A stretch of 64,000 bases of DNA, from assembly GCF_009914755.1 (NCBI RefSeq), contig NC_060943.1; one strand, 5' to 3'. Below the pieces are notes generated by a model. It was not told the DNA's origin. It saw only the letters and a list, made by a program, of their open reading frames with translations, and did no database searches. The DNA is from the human T2T-CHM13v2.0 reference genome, Homo sapiens. Both the position numbers and the translations under genes were made by a program. Positions 48,975-63,459 of this stretch are shown here, one piece after another (the first letter of the stretch is position 1; each line of letters begins with the position of its first letter).

Positions 48975-49250
48975 AACAGGCGCTCACGGCAGACCAATCT
49001 GCCCACACCCAAGACACTCTCCAGCGGCGCCGCCCATGGGCGTCCCTGCTCCGCGGGAAACTCTCACCGGCGGATGCAGCCCGACGCCTGCGCACTGGAG
49101 AGGCGCCAAGCCCCCTGCACCTGCGCACTCCGACTGGGCGGGGTCTCCTCGACGTCCTGGTGGAAGGGTTCGGAGGACGGACGCCGACCATGCCCACTAC
49201 CACGCCCCCAGCCCTGCCAGTTCCCCACAGAGCGGGTTTGACCCAGCTCT
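48975..49250. promoter_or_regulatory. Small orphan CpG island with promoter-type motifs
   Basis: CpG-dense; NRF1-like CGCCTGCGCA (49085) and TGCACCTGCGCA (49116), GC box TGGGCGGGGT (49135) and an ACTAC-like motif (49196). Confidence 0.6.
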
Positions 49251-49313
49251 TTCTGCTGCTCTCTTGGGTGATAAACTGTGCCCCATGTCTGTAAACTAGG
49301 GTAGCATTTCACG

Positions 49314-49840
49314 CATTCATCCTTTCACCCGGCACTGTCTGAGCCCGTACTGTGTGTCGAGGCCTGGACTGGGCGAAGTTCGGGTCTCTGTGGTCCCTGA
49401 TTCTGAATGGCTCTAGGGCTGGTGCTGGGATGTTCAACTTACTCATTCGGTCACTCAGCTTTTCTTGAGGACCTACTGTGTGCTGAGACCAGGGCTGAGC
49501 AAAGTTTGGGTCACAGGAAGAAACCAGAATGATTGGTCCCTGAACCTGTGGGCTCCAGGGCTGGTGCTGAGGATGTTCACCTGTTCATCCATTTACTTGG
49601 CCTCTCCTGAGGACCTACTGTGTGCTTGGCCTGGGCTGGGGGATGTCGGGGGTGAGGGGGATAAGGAGAAACTAAATGTGTGGTCCTTGTCCCTGAATGA
49701 CTCCGGGGCTGGTGCTGGGGATGTATAACTCTTCATACTGTCACTGACAATTCTTGAGGACCTACTGTGTGCTGAGGACTGGGTGGTCAGTCAGGAGCCA
49801 AGGGAAGAACCAACTGCTTGGTCCCTGGCCCTAAAGAGCC
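49314..49840. repeat. About 4 diverged tandem copies (~125-145 bp) of an L2 3'-end-like unit
   Basis: Recurring TGAGGACCTACTGTGTGCT...TGGTCCCTG...GGGCTGGTGCTG(A/G)GGATGT. Confidence 0.75.
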
Positions 49841-50890
49841 TGGGCAACAGAGCGAGACTCCGTCTCAAAAAAAAAAAAAAGAAGAAAATTCTGCATATCA
49901 TATGCTACCATTTGTGAAGAAAGGTGTACTATATATCTTTCCAGAATATTCTATGCATATAAATATTCATATATATGCTTACATATAGTAAGCATTTGCT
50001 TCTAGTGAGGGGGACTTGGTAGCTGGGAGACACAGGAGTAAGAACAGTTTTTTTTTTTAACTTTATAAATTGTGGACTACATGAGTGTATTCCCCCGTAA
50101 AATAATTTTCCAATGATTATAGTCATGTGAAGTTATGAGATTATAACTTTAATTCAACATTGTAGTAGGTGGATTACGTTCATAACTCCTACTTTTCACC
50201 CTTCCCTGGGACCACATGCTTAGGAAGGCTCTTCCTGTGCTGATCCTAGGCTTGGCTAGGAGGCTTGCTTTGGCCTGTGGGACTAGATGCAAATGTGACA
50301 ATATCAGAGACTTGAAAGCATGCCTGTGTGTCCACTCCCTCTCAGACTCCTGCCACCTCCCTGAGAACACACCCAGGTGAGATGTGAGTCAGGAGAAGAA
50401 GATCAAATTGGCCCAGCTGAGCCCTCCTGGTCCAGGTCCAGACCAAGCCTGGTCCAGACCAACAGAACCAGCAGCTGACCTCCAGATGCATGAGAAATAG
50501 TAAATGGATAAATGAGGGCTGGATGGTTTGTTACACAGCAAGAGCTGACTGATATAAGCATTAAAGTCAGGTCTTTGAGTTAGGGGGAAAAATGGTGGAG
50601 ATGGGTAGGTGTTTCCTCATACTGAAAAAAAGACTAGGCCCACTCTAAAAATTTTTTGTAGAGGAGAAGCACTCCCTTCTTCTAGAATAACTTTCAGCTC
50701 TAGATTTCTCCTGCTCATTTTCTCTAAGCACTATTTCTATCTTAGTGAATCCAGATTTCTTCTTCAGACTCTGCTCCTTTAGTAAATATGCCAACTTGGC
50801 CAAAGAAACCAAACCTTTTATTCACTTTAATTCAATTAAATTTACTGAGCAAGGGCTTACTCAATAAAATCAACAATGAAAAGGCCAGCT

Positions 50891-51490
<600 letters not shown>

Positions 51491-51734
51491 AAGGCCAGCC
51501 ATAGGTGTTTCTGCAGGTCTACTTGCCCGTGCCCCATTTATAATTTTGCACCAGGAAGACCGCAGGGGAGTCTGGCAGATGTGAGGTACAGTCTTAGCCC
51601 TGTGTCTTCCCCACTGTGTGCCCTCAGGCAAGTTAACAAGCTTCTCTGAGCCTCGGTTTCCTCACAGGAAGCGTCGGGGATAACACAGTATCTCCCCCAT
51701 AGCATTGTGAGGTTGGAAAGGAGGCCCTCAGCTC

Positions 51735-53348
51735 TTAATCTTCTGCTGGTCCACGCGGGTTTCTGCCAGGGCACCCCTGTTGACAGGTTTCTCCTCCCTG
51801 TGAGAGCCCAGGTGTTGAGTCAGGCGTGGGAGCTGGGCAAAGGCGTCCCGAACTGTCTGCATGCGTCCTCTGGTGTCGGATGAGCGCGGAGGAGAAGCTG
51901 AAGGCCTTCCCGCAGCCGCTGCACTCGTAGGGCTTCTCCCCGGTGTGCACGATGTGGTGCTGGATCAGGTAGGAGCGGTTGCTGAAGGCCTTGCCGCACT
52001 CGGGGCAGGTGTAGGGCCGCTCGCCCGTGTGCGTGCGCTGGTGCAGGGCGAGCGAGGAGCCCTGGCTGAAAGCTTTGCCGCACTCGCCGCACTTGTAGGG
52101 CCGCTCTCCGGTGTGGATCTTCTGGTGCTCTATAAGCGAGGACACGTGGCTGAAGGCGGCCCCGCATTGCAGGCACCTGTAGGGCCGCTCACCGGTGTGC
52201 ACGAGGCGGTGCTGGAGGAGGTGGGAGCGGTTGCTGAAGCGCTTGCCGCAGTCGTGGCAGGGGTAGGGCCGCTCTCCGGTGTGCGTGCGCTGGTGCTGCG
52301 TCAGGTGCGACACCTGGGTGAAGGCCTTGGCGCACTGGCCGCACGCGTAGGGCTTCTCGCCTGTGTGGATGCGCCGGTGCTCGGCCAGAGAGGCGCTCTG
52401 GCTGAAGAGCGCGCCGCAGTCCTGGCACGTGTAGGGCTTCTCGCCCGTGTGCACGCGCCGGTGCTGGGTCAGGTGCGCGATCTGCGCGAAGGCCTTGGCG
52501 CACTGGCCGCAGCGGTAGGGCTTCTCCTCCGTGTGGATGCGCTGGTGGCGGATGAGCGCTGAGGAGAAGCGGAAGGCCTTGGCGCACGCGGAGCACTCGT
52601 AGGGCTTCTCACCGGTGTGGATGCGCTGGTGCTCTATCAGGGACGAGCGGTTGCGGAACGCCTTGGCGCACTGGGCGCACGCGTAGGGCCGCTCGCCCGT
52701 GTGCACGCGCCGGTGCTGGGTCAGGTGCGTGACGCGCGTGAAGGCCTTGCCGCAGTCGGCGCAGCGGTGCGGCTTCTCGCCCGTGTGCGTGCGCCAGTGG
52801 GACGCCAGGTACGAGCCCTGGCTGAAGGCCTTGCCGCACTCGTGGCAGGCGTAGGGCTTCTCGCCCGTGTGCGTGCGCTGGTGCAGGGTCAGGTGCACGC
52901 TCTGGCTGAAGGCCTTGCCGCACTCGGGGCACGCAAATGGCTTCTCCCCGGTGTGGATTCTCTGGTGTAAGATGAACGCGGAACAGTAGCTGAAGGCCTT
53001 CCCGCAGTCCCCGCATTTCCACGGCTTCTTGGGGCCTCCACCTCTCTCCCGCTGGCGGCTGTCAGGATGCCTCTCCTTCGGGCTCGCCCCAGGCGCGCTG
53101 CACCTCCGGGAACTGCTGTCGTCGGGGACACTGGCTTGGGTAGCAGCAGGGCTCGATATGGTTCTTGGGATTCGGCTGAATTCATCGCGTTCCTGCATGC
53201 TGTCCCCAGCAGGGTCTCCCTTGCAGGCCACGGCCTCTGGCTCTGGACAGCTTTCCTGGTTTTTCTGCAGGTCCTCAACCTGGCCCTCGTGTTTCCAGTT
53301 TCCTTCCAACTCTGCGCCCTGGAGGGCGACGCTCAAGAGTCCCTCCAT
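51735..53348 (-). CDS. ZNF835: Zinc finger protein 835, 537 aa, 14 C2H2 fingers, single coding exon (acceptor at 53395)
   Basis: [27 protein letters not shown]... followed by 14 fingers with TGEKP/TGERP linkers. Polypyrimidine acceptor 47 nt upstream of the ATG. Confidence 0.95.
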   Translation of the reverse strand: MEGLLSVALQGAELEGNWKHEGQVEDLQKNQESCPEPEAVACKGDPAGDSMQERDEFSRIPRTISSPAATQASVPDDSSSRRCSAPGASPKERHPDSRQRERGGGPKKPWKCGDCGKAFSYCSAFILHQRIHTGEKPFACPECGKAFSQSVHLTLHQRTHTGEKPYACHECGKAFSQGSYLASHWRTHTGEKPHRCADCGKAFTRVTHLTQHRRVHTGERPYACAQCAKAFRNRSSLIEHQRIHTGEKPYECSACAKAFRFSSALIRHQRIHTEEKPYRCGQCAKAFAQIAHLTQHRRVHTGEKPYTCQDCGALFSQSASLAEHRRIHTGEKPYACGQCAKAFTQVSHLTQHQRTHTGERPYPCHDCGKRFSNRSHLLQHRLVHTGERPYRCLQCGAAFSHVSSLIEHQKIHTGERPYKCGECGKAFSQGSSLALHQRTHTGERPYTCPECGKAFSNRSYLIQHHIVHTGEKPYECSGCGKAFSFSSALIRHQRTHADSSGRLCPAPTPDSTPGLSQGGETCQQGCPGRNPRGPAED

Positions 53349-53482
53349 CCTCGATCCCTGGGCTGCTGTCTTGATCTCACATCTTTTCTCTGGGTCTGAA
53401 AAGAAAAAGATAGAAAAAAAAATTAAATGTTGCCACTTGTCCTGAGCTGGAAAAATGGCTAACAGCTGAACTGGTAAGAACT

Positions 53483-54033
53483 TAGCATGGGGTCCCTGGA
53501 CCTCTGTGCCAATGACATTTTGGGTCCAATAATTTGGTGTGGTGGGACCCATCCTGTGTGTTGTGAGATGTTGAGCAGCGTCCCTGGTCTCTCCACACTG
53601 GCTGCCAGGGACACTACCCCTCAACCCCTGAGTTGTAACAATGAAAAATGTCTCCAGGCCGGACGTGGTGGCTCATGCCTGCAATCCCAGCACTTTGGGA
53701 GGCCAAGGCAGGTGGTTGCTTGAGCCCAGGAGTTTGAGACCAGCAAACTGTCTGCTGCCTGGGCAACACAGCAAGATCTCATTTCTACAAATGAAAAAAA
53801 AAATTAGCCAGGCATGATGTTGTGCACCCGTGGTCCCAGCTACTCAGGAGGCTGAGGCAAGAGGATCAGCTGAGCTCAGAAGGTTGAAGCTGCAGTGAGT
53901 AGTGATCACACTACTGCACTCTAGCCTGGGTGACAGTGTGAGACCCTGTCTGAATTTTCTTTAAAAAGTCTCCAGACACTGCCAGGTGTCCCCTCCCCTG
54001 GGGACAAAATTGCCCCCAGTTGGGAATCACTGA
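53483..54033. mobile_element. MER20 interrupted by an AluJ (~53657-53952)
   Basis: MER20-like ATCCTGTGTGTTGTGAGATGTTGAGCAGCGTCCCTGG...AAAATTGCCCCCAGTTGGGAATCACTG. Alu TSD AAA(T/A)GTCTCCA. Confidence 0.75.
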
Positions 54034-54127
54034 CTTAATGGAACTAAAAACAAATTTAAAAGATCCCTGAAAAAGAAAAAAAAAGCATGAATCTGTCAGC
54101 TCTTAAAATATGGCCCTGTAATCTGGT

Positions 54128-55060
<933 letters not shown>

Positions 55061-55829
55061 TTTCACATTATGGGGACACTATTCAACTCACTATGCTCCC
55101 CTTCTACAGGGCTCCATCAGTGAAGGAGCTGCCCAGGGTCTCCCAGGCTCAGAGGTTCATGCTGGCTCGTGGGCCCAGGGTCGTTAGAGATGGTGATCTC
55201 AAGCTATTGCAGGTTACCCTGTCTGCTTTGCACATTTTCAGTGGAAAGCAGGGATCTGTTTTTATATGAGCCCAGGAAGTCACTGTTTTTTAGAAAGCCA
55301 TAACAGAAGCCATACATATAGTTACTTCTAGTGGGGCTGTGATGCTGAAGGATTTATACCAATTGCCTGGTGTACACTGGACCTGCACGCTGGCGAGAAA
55401 CTCACCACTGACTTCTGATGCTTTAGTTCTAACAGAATGGGAAGACAGATGGACAAATGACCTCCTGGTGCTGAGAGAGGGAAGGAGGCAGCTGCCTGTG
55501 GATCCACTGTGCTGGGGCTAGCCCCAGAGGAGGGGGCTCACACTGCTGGGAGGTCCTTTCCAGGCTGTGTGGCTGCAGGTAAGTGGCTACCTGCTCTGAG
55601 GCTCTGCCTGGTTTTCTCTCTCTAAACAGGGCTCCAGCCTCCCCTTCTCCCGAGGGACATGGCAGGTCTCTCAGCAAGCTTGGCCTCATGTTATGTGTGG
55701 GCTCAGCCCCTCACACACAGGCATTCCCTGAACCAACTAGTAGGCTGTGTGCATACAGCAGAGAGTGCTCGGCCTTTGGCTCCTCCGGGTACACTCCTGC
55801 TGCTGCTGGACAGGCTACGTCTGAAGCTT

Positions 55830-57053
<1,224 letters not shown>

Positions 57054-57164
57054 TAGGGGGAGGGCAGGTGGGTTCACAGCAGGGTTGGGTAAACCTGGGT
57101 GTTGTGCACACACAAAGGAGCCCAAGGGGAGACACAGGCTTGCTTGGGGGCAGTAGAAGAAAGC

Positions 57165-58432
57165 TGTCTACTCCCAGCACTTCTGACACGTGGGCTTTCT
57201 CCACACCAACAACCAAGTCTCCAATCTGCTCTGACTGGGAGGCACAGGCAGCTACCAACCATAAAACTGCCTCAACCCCTCCTTGGGTTTGGTGATTTGC
57301 TCACATAGCTCATTGAACTCAGGGACATGCTTTATTTACGGTTACTGGTTTCCAATAAAGGATACAACTCAGGAACAGCCAGATGGAAGACACACAGGGT
57401 AAGGTATAAGGAGGAGCTCAGAGCACCATGCCCTCTCTGGGTGCTCGACAGCCCCAGAGCTCGGCAAACCCTAAGTTTAGGGTGGTTATGGGGGTTCCAT
57501 GACACGGGCGTGACTGACATAGGTGTGATGACACTGGCCATCGGTGATGAACTCAACTTCCAGCCCTCTCCCCTCCCAGGAGGTAGGGGCTGGCTGAAGG
57601 CTGGAATGCTCATCAGGGCTAGCTCCCGTGGCAACCAGCCCATCCTAGGGGCCTATCAGGAGTCCTCCATTAGCATAAATGTACTTGGGGGTCTACCAGG
57701 AGTCCTCCATTAGCATAAATGTACTTGGGGGCCTATCAGGAGTCCTCCATTAGCATAAATGTACTTGGGGGCCTACCAGGAGTCCTCCATTAGCATAAAT
57801 GTACTTGGGGGCCTATCAGGAGTCCTCCATTAGCATAAATGTACTTGGGGGCCTATCAGGAGTCCTCCATTAGCATAAATGTACTTGGGGGTCTACCAGG
57901 AGTCCTCCATTAGCATAAATGTACTTGGGGGCCTATCAGGAGTCCTCCATTAGCATAAATGTACTTGGGGGCCTATCAGGAGTCCTCCATTAGCATAAAT
58001 GTACTTGGGGGCCTATCAGGAGTCCTCCATTAGCATAAATGTACTTGGGGGCCTATCAGGAGTCCTCCATTAGCATAAATGTACTTGGGGGCCTATCAGG
58101 AGTCCTCCATTAGCATAAATGTACTTGGGGGCCTACCAGGAGTCCTCCATTAGCATAAATGTACTTGGGGGCCTATCAGGAGTCCTCCATTAGCATAAAT
58201 GTACTTGGGGGCCTATCAGGAGTCCTCCATTAGCATAAATGTACTTGGGGGCCTATCAGGAGTCCTCCATTAGCATAAACACAGGTGTGGTTGCAGGGGG
58301 CTTATTAAGAGTTGCAGAAGACACTCCTTCTACCCCTGTCACTCAGGAAATTCCAAGGGTTTTAGGGGCTCTGGTACCAGGAGCTGGGGATAAAGATTAA
58401 ACATATATTTCTTATTATATCACAAGATCACA
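57165..58432. mobile_element. MER21-family LTR containing the 40-bp VNTR
   Basis: CCACACCAACAACCAA..ATAAAGGATACAACTCAGGAACAGCCAGATGGAAGA..TCACTCAGGAAATTCCAAGGGTTTTAGG..TATTTCTTATTATATCACAAGATCACA. Confidence 0.7.
57648..58279. repeat. 40-bp VNTR, 15 full copies plus 1 partial
   Basis: Unit GCCTATCAGGAGTCCTCCATTAGCATAAATGTACTTGGGG; copies differ at only two positions. Confidence 0.98.
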
Positions 58433-59115
58433 GGAAGACACATGCATTACATCACACTCTGACACACACAGGGTCATACACAATCATACCTGCCCAGACA
58501 CACACAGACATGCAGAGACACCCAAACCCATATCCAGGGACACACAGTCGCCCTCCTAACCCCCATGCAAGGAGGCAGGTGGGAAGCCATCACCTGCAGC
58601 CACACTCACACATGCACACAGGGTCCCGGGCACACGTAGCTACACACACACCCAGCCCCACACGTAGCTCCCTGTGTGAAGAGGTGCACAGAGACGCACA
58701 AGGTCACACATGCCACCTGCTCCACACAGGCAGGCCATTACTGGGACACACCCACAGGGGATGGCTGGACACATGTGCAGTCACACGCGGTGGATAGAGC
58801 TCCAGCATAGCCAAAGCCCACATGTGCAGCGTCTCCATCATGTGCAGATGCACACACTTCAGACAGCACGGCACTCTACAGGCTCGCACAGCCAGGTCAC
58901 CCATCATTGTGCTGGCAGGCACACGGGCCGAGCCAGCCTACACGGCGGCACACCCAGACATGCACACGTGGGGTCACACACCTCACATCCAGGAGAACTT
59001 TCAGACTTGCCCAAAGGCAGCCACACGTGTATGTGACATGCTGTGATATGCAGACACCGCTTCACATGAACGAGCACATAACACACCGATAAAGTGTTAC
59101 ATGCCTTTACATGCA

Positions 59116-59663
59116 GTCACCTGCCTGGGCTGGCACCACTGAGTGAGCAGGTGCAGACACAGTGACACTCGGGGACGGGCTCACAGGCAGTCACACACCT
59201 GCAAGGCCTGGCACCGCCGAGTGAGCAGGTACAGACACAGTGATGGGCTGGCACCGCCAAGTGAGCAGGGGCAGACGCTGTGACACTCAGGGACGGGCTC
59301 ACAGGCAGTCACACACCTGCACCTGCTGGTACCGTCGAGTGAGCAGGTGCAGACGCTGTGACACTCAGGGACAGGCTCACAGCCAGTCACACACCTGCAC
59401 GGCCTGGCACCGCCAAGTGAGCAGGTACAGACACAGTGACGGGCTGGCACCGCCGAGTAAGCAGGTGCAGATGCAGTGACAGGCTCACAGGCAGTCACAC
59501 ACCTGCACCTGCTGGTACCGTCGAGTGACCAGGTGCAGACGCTGTGTTACTCAGGGACGGGCTCACAGGCAGTCACACACCTATACGGGCTGACACCGCT
59601 AAGTGAACAGGTGCAGACACAATGGCACTCGGGGACGGGCTCACACGCGGTCACACACCTGCA
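59116..59663. repeat. GC-rich ~78-bp minisatellite with ~40-bp half units
   Basis: Recurring GTCACACACCTGCA..CTGGCACCGCCGAGTGAGCAGGTGCAGAC..GTGACACTC(G/A)GGGACGGGCTCACAGGCA. Confidence 0.92.
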
Positions 59664-59689
59664 GGAACACGCGCACACTACACACCGTT

Positions 59690-60130
59690 GCTCTCGCCTC
59701 CCGGTATCACCTTCGAACGCGCTGGCCGGCCCCCTCCTAGCCTGGTGCAGTCGGCTCCGCTTCTACTCAGTCTCGGGTCCTCCTGGGCCAACGCAGACCC
59801 TGGTGCCTCCTTCCTTAGACGAGCTAAGGTCAAGACTTCTGCTGCTGCGGAGGAGCCCGCGCACCAGGCCGGGGTGGACTGCGCCTGCGCATCGGGCCCG
59901 CCTGGTTCTTAGGAACTACGACTCCCAGGGGGCGCTGCGCGCTCGCCGGCACCGCGACTAAAGCTTGCAAAGCCTGGGTCATCGAAACTACAACTCCCAG
60001 AAGGCTAAGCGTCTGCACACGCTAGGTCCGCAGGGCGCTGACCCCTGGGGGCCCGAGGAGCGCCGGGCTGCTGCCCCGAGCCCCGCCCACTACAGCCTCA
60101 GTGCATGGCGGTGGGCGCTTCCAGTAACTC
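59690..60130 (-). promoter_or_regulatory. ZNF835: ZNF835 CpG-island promoter / exon 1
   Basis: CpG-rich; NRF1-type TGCGCCTGCGCA (59880) and ZNF143/THAP11-type ACTACGACTCCCAG (59915) and ACTACAACTCCCAGAAGGC (59987). Candidate minus-strand donor AAG|GTGATA at 59710. Confidence 0.8.
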
Positions 60131-60197
60131 AGGGGTGGGACTTTTTTCTTGCTCAGGGGATGAGGCCGAGCCCACAGGCTTAGAAAGAAGGAACTTG

Positions 60198-60570
<373 letters not shown>

Positions 60571-60649
60571 TTATTTTGGTCTCAGGTAGCTGATGTCATT
60601 CCAGTCTATGGCAAAGAAGGTGGCAAATCCATTAACATAGATGAAGAAT

Positions 60650-62012
60650 TTCATTTTACTTTTTAGTTTTATTTATTTATTTATTTTTATTATGTATCAT
60701 GCTTTTAATACAAACTTTAAAAAATCTGGAACAATAGAAACTGTACAGATTTGATCAATCTTTTTGTTTTGTTTTTAAACTAAAATCTCTAAACACACCA
60801 ATGTCCTATTCCAAAATATTGCACAACATTCTGAATACAAAACCCTTGATTGTATTCCTCCTTCACTGAAGAAAAAACTTCATGACCCTGCTCCCCGGGC
60901 TCCTCTCCAGGCTTGCGTCAATGCCCCCTTCCCATCCCTAGGGAGAAAACTAGAGAATCTATAACTCACTGCATTGAGAAAAAGACATCATTCTGGACTA
61001 ACAGTTTCCATTCTTCAGAAGATAATCCACCTTTTGATTTGTTCCTGGGAAACAGGGATAGATAGAGGATGGGGAAAGGGGAGAAAAGGTTTTATTTCTC
61101 CTCTTTTTTTTTTAAAGTTTGTTTTTCCTGAAAAAATATGTTTCTCTCATCTTTTTAAGAAAAAATCTTGAAAAGAAAAAAATTGTTTTTTACGTTAGAA
61201 ATATACATATATTATATATACCTCTTACATTTTACAAATGTAGCAAATTATTCAATACAAACGGACACCAAAAAATGTAAAAAATAAAAAAAAGTTTTCC
61301 TAAGAACCAGGTAAATTAGTGCAGATTTCTGTTTTTGTTTTCTTAAAAAAAATAAAATTGAAGCAAAAGTGCCTAGATTTGAGACAAGACAGACTGAACT
61401 GGGCCCAAGAGCCCAGCACTGGAGTCATGCTCCTGAACACACATTTTTCTTCGTATTTCAAAAGACACAAAGGGGTTGGTCTCCCCCCCTCTCCCTACAT
61501 GTGAGAAACAAGCAGACCTGGTGTGGGTGGGTGCCTGTGTGTGTGGATGGGAGGAGGGATAGAAGGGGATGTAAGGCAGCATCCAACCTTTCCCAGAGAG
61601 AAGCTATCTGCTGGGCTTGTCACCTGTGTGGGAGCCGAGGATGAGGGAAAGGGTGGCCCAGACTGGGCTGGCCCCTGAGAAGTCTAGGGGAACAGATGGT
61701 GCTGGGCTGAGAAGCCAGGACATTGCCTGCCGGGGGAGGTAGAGCTGGTGCCTACTGCAGGGAGAGGAGGCTGGCAGTGCCGGCCTGGGCTGGACCCACT
61801 GCCATAGCAGTTGCCTACTTGGGGTCCCTGGGTAGGATGGAGTGGGTGGGGTGCCAGGGGCTTTGGTGCTTTCTGGTGATGGGACCCTGATGCCAAGTGC
61901 CCACTTTGCAAAGATGAAAAAGTTCATGACCCTGCTCCCTTGGCTCCTGTCCATGCTTGCCTGGCCTCCTGGGGTTGGAGGAACAAGCTCTCTCCTGGCA
62001 GAGGCAGGAGAG
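60650..62012 (-). pseudogene. Probable 5'-truncated processed pseudogene (3'UTR only), parent not identified
   Basis: On the minus strand, unique 3'UTR-like sequence ends in ATTAAA (60704-60709) and then a decayed poly(A) (T-rich 60650-60691). Confidence 0.6.
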
Positions 62013-62013
62013 A

Positions 62014-62261
62014 GTTTTATTTTTTAGAAACAGTTTCGCTTTGTTGCACAGGCTGGAGTGCAGTGGTACAATCACGGCTCACTGCATCCTCGACCTCCCC
62101 AACTCTAGTGATCCTCCCATCTTAGCCTCCTGAGTAGCTGAGATTGCAGGCATGTGCCACCACACTGGCTAACTTTTTTTTAACTTTTATTTTTTGTAGA
62201 GATGAGGTGTCGCTATGTTGCCCTGGCTAGTCTTGAACTCCAATCCTTCCACCTCGGCCTT
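62014..62261 (-). mobile_element. AluJ (truncated)
   Basis: Antisense Alu. Confidence 0.8.
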
Positions 62262-62725
62262 AAATAATTTTAATAGTTGACATGCACATGGCATTTACTA
62301 TTGGCCGGCATTATTTTAAGGTGCCTGCTCTGAAGGAATTCTGTTAGCCTTCCTAAATTATTCCCTTGGCCATTGGAAACATAGGCATGAGATCATTTTT
62401 AGATAATTGGAAAAGCAGAGAAATCTGTGAAGATAGAATGGGAAAAAAAATGCATTTCACTAAACCAACATGCCATTGATTGTGAGATTCCACATTACTT
62501 TATGTAGCCCCACGGCTGCCCTTAAACCATGACACATGCTTTATTTACAGTTCATATTTTACTTATTCGTAGACCTCAAGAGGCATTCTGTGCTTCCCTC
62601 TTCCTTCTGGAAGCTTCATGAGAAGGGACATTTTCCTCAAAGGATGGACAACAGAAACAACTCAAATATTCATTTCCTTTAAATATGGTTTTTAAGACAA
62701 TTTTCTTTAGAAAGCCACATTTACC

Positions 62726-63145
62726 TGTTGGGGGTTGATTTATGCTCACCCCCCTCCCAAATATATGTTGGAATGCTAACCCCCTATTCCTCAGAATGTG
62801 ACTTTATTTGGAGACAGGTTCTTTACAGAGGTAATAAAGTTAAAATGAGTAAATAGGGTGGGCCATAACCCAAAATGACAGCTGTCCTTATAAAAAGGGT
62901 GCATTTGCACGCAGAGACACGCATAGAGAGAACATGATATGTAGAGGCACAGGGAGAAGGCCGCCATCTGCAAACCAGGGAGAGAGGCCTGGAGCAAATT
63001 CTTCTTCATGGCTCTTAGAAGGAACCATCCCTGCCTACACCCTGATTTCAGATTTCCAGCCTCCAGAAGCGTGAGGCGATAAATGTCTGTTGCTGCAGCC
63101 ACAGGTTGGCGGTGCTTTGCTGCAGTAGCCTTAGCACCTGATAGA
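62726..63145 (+). mobile_element. MLT1B/C-like LTR
   Basis: CCTCAGAATGTGACTTTATTTGGAGACAGG..CTGATTTCAGATTTCCAGCCTCCAGAAGCGTGAG. Confidence 0.78.
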
Positions 63146-63309
63146 TGGTCTCTTTACATGTCAAGCACATTGCAGCGCACATTTGACACACAGGGAGATG
63201 GAAGCTCCTGGAGGATAAGTGTTTTGTCTGTGATTTTGAAGGTTGCAAGTGGAGGAACTGGGATTCGAACCCCTCTCTGTGTGATGCCTATGCCTCCTCT
63301 GTGTTAACA

Positions 63310-63459
63310 TTTATTTTTACTTATTTTTATTTTTTAGTTTTTGTAGAGATGAGGGTCTCACTATATTGCCCAGGCTGGTCTTGAACTCCTGGGCCCAAAC
63401 GATCCTCCTGCCTTGGCCTCCTGGTCTTGGGATTACAAGCATAAGCCACTGTGCCAGGC
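63310..63459 (-). mobile_element. Alu left monomer (FLAM-like)
   Basis: Single antisense Alu arm. Confidence 0.75.

Noticed and set aside
53396-53624. N-terminal extension of the 629-aa ZNF835 ORF
   Set aside because: Intronic MER20 plus polypyrimidine tract. The real exon begins at 53395.
57648-58279. CRISPR-like appearance of the 40-bp array
   Set aside because: No unique spacers and human context. It is a head-to-tail VNTR.
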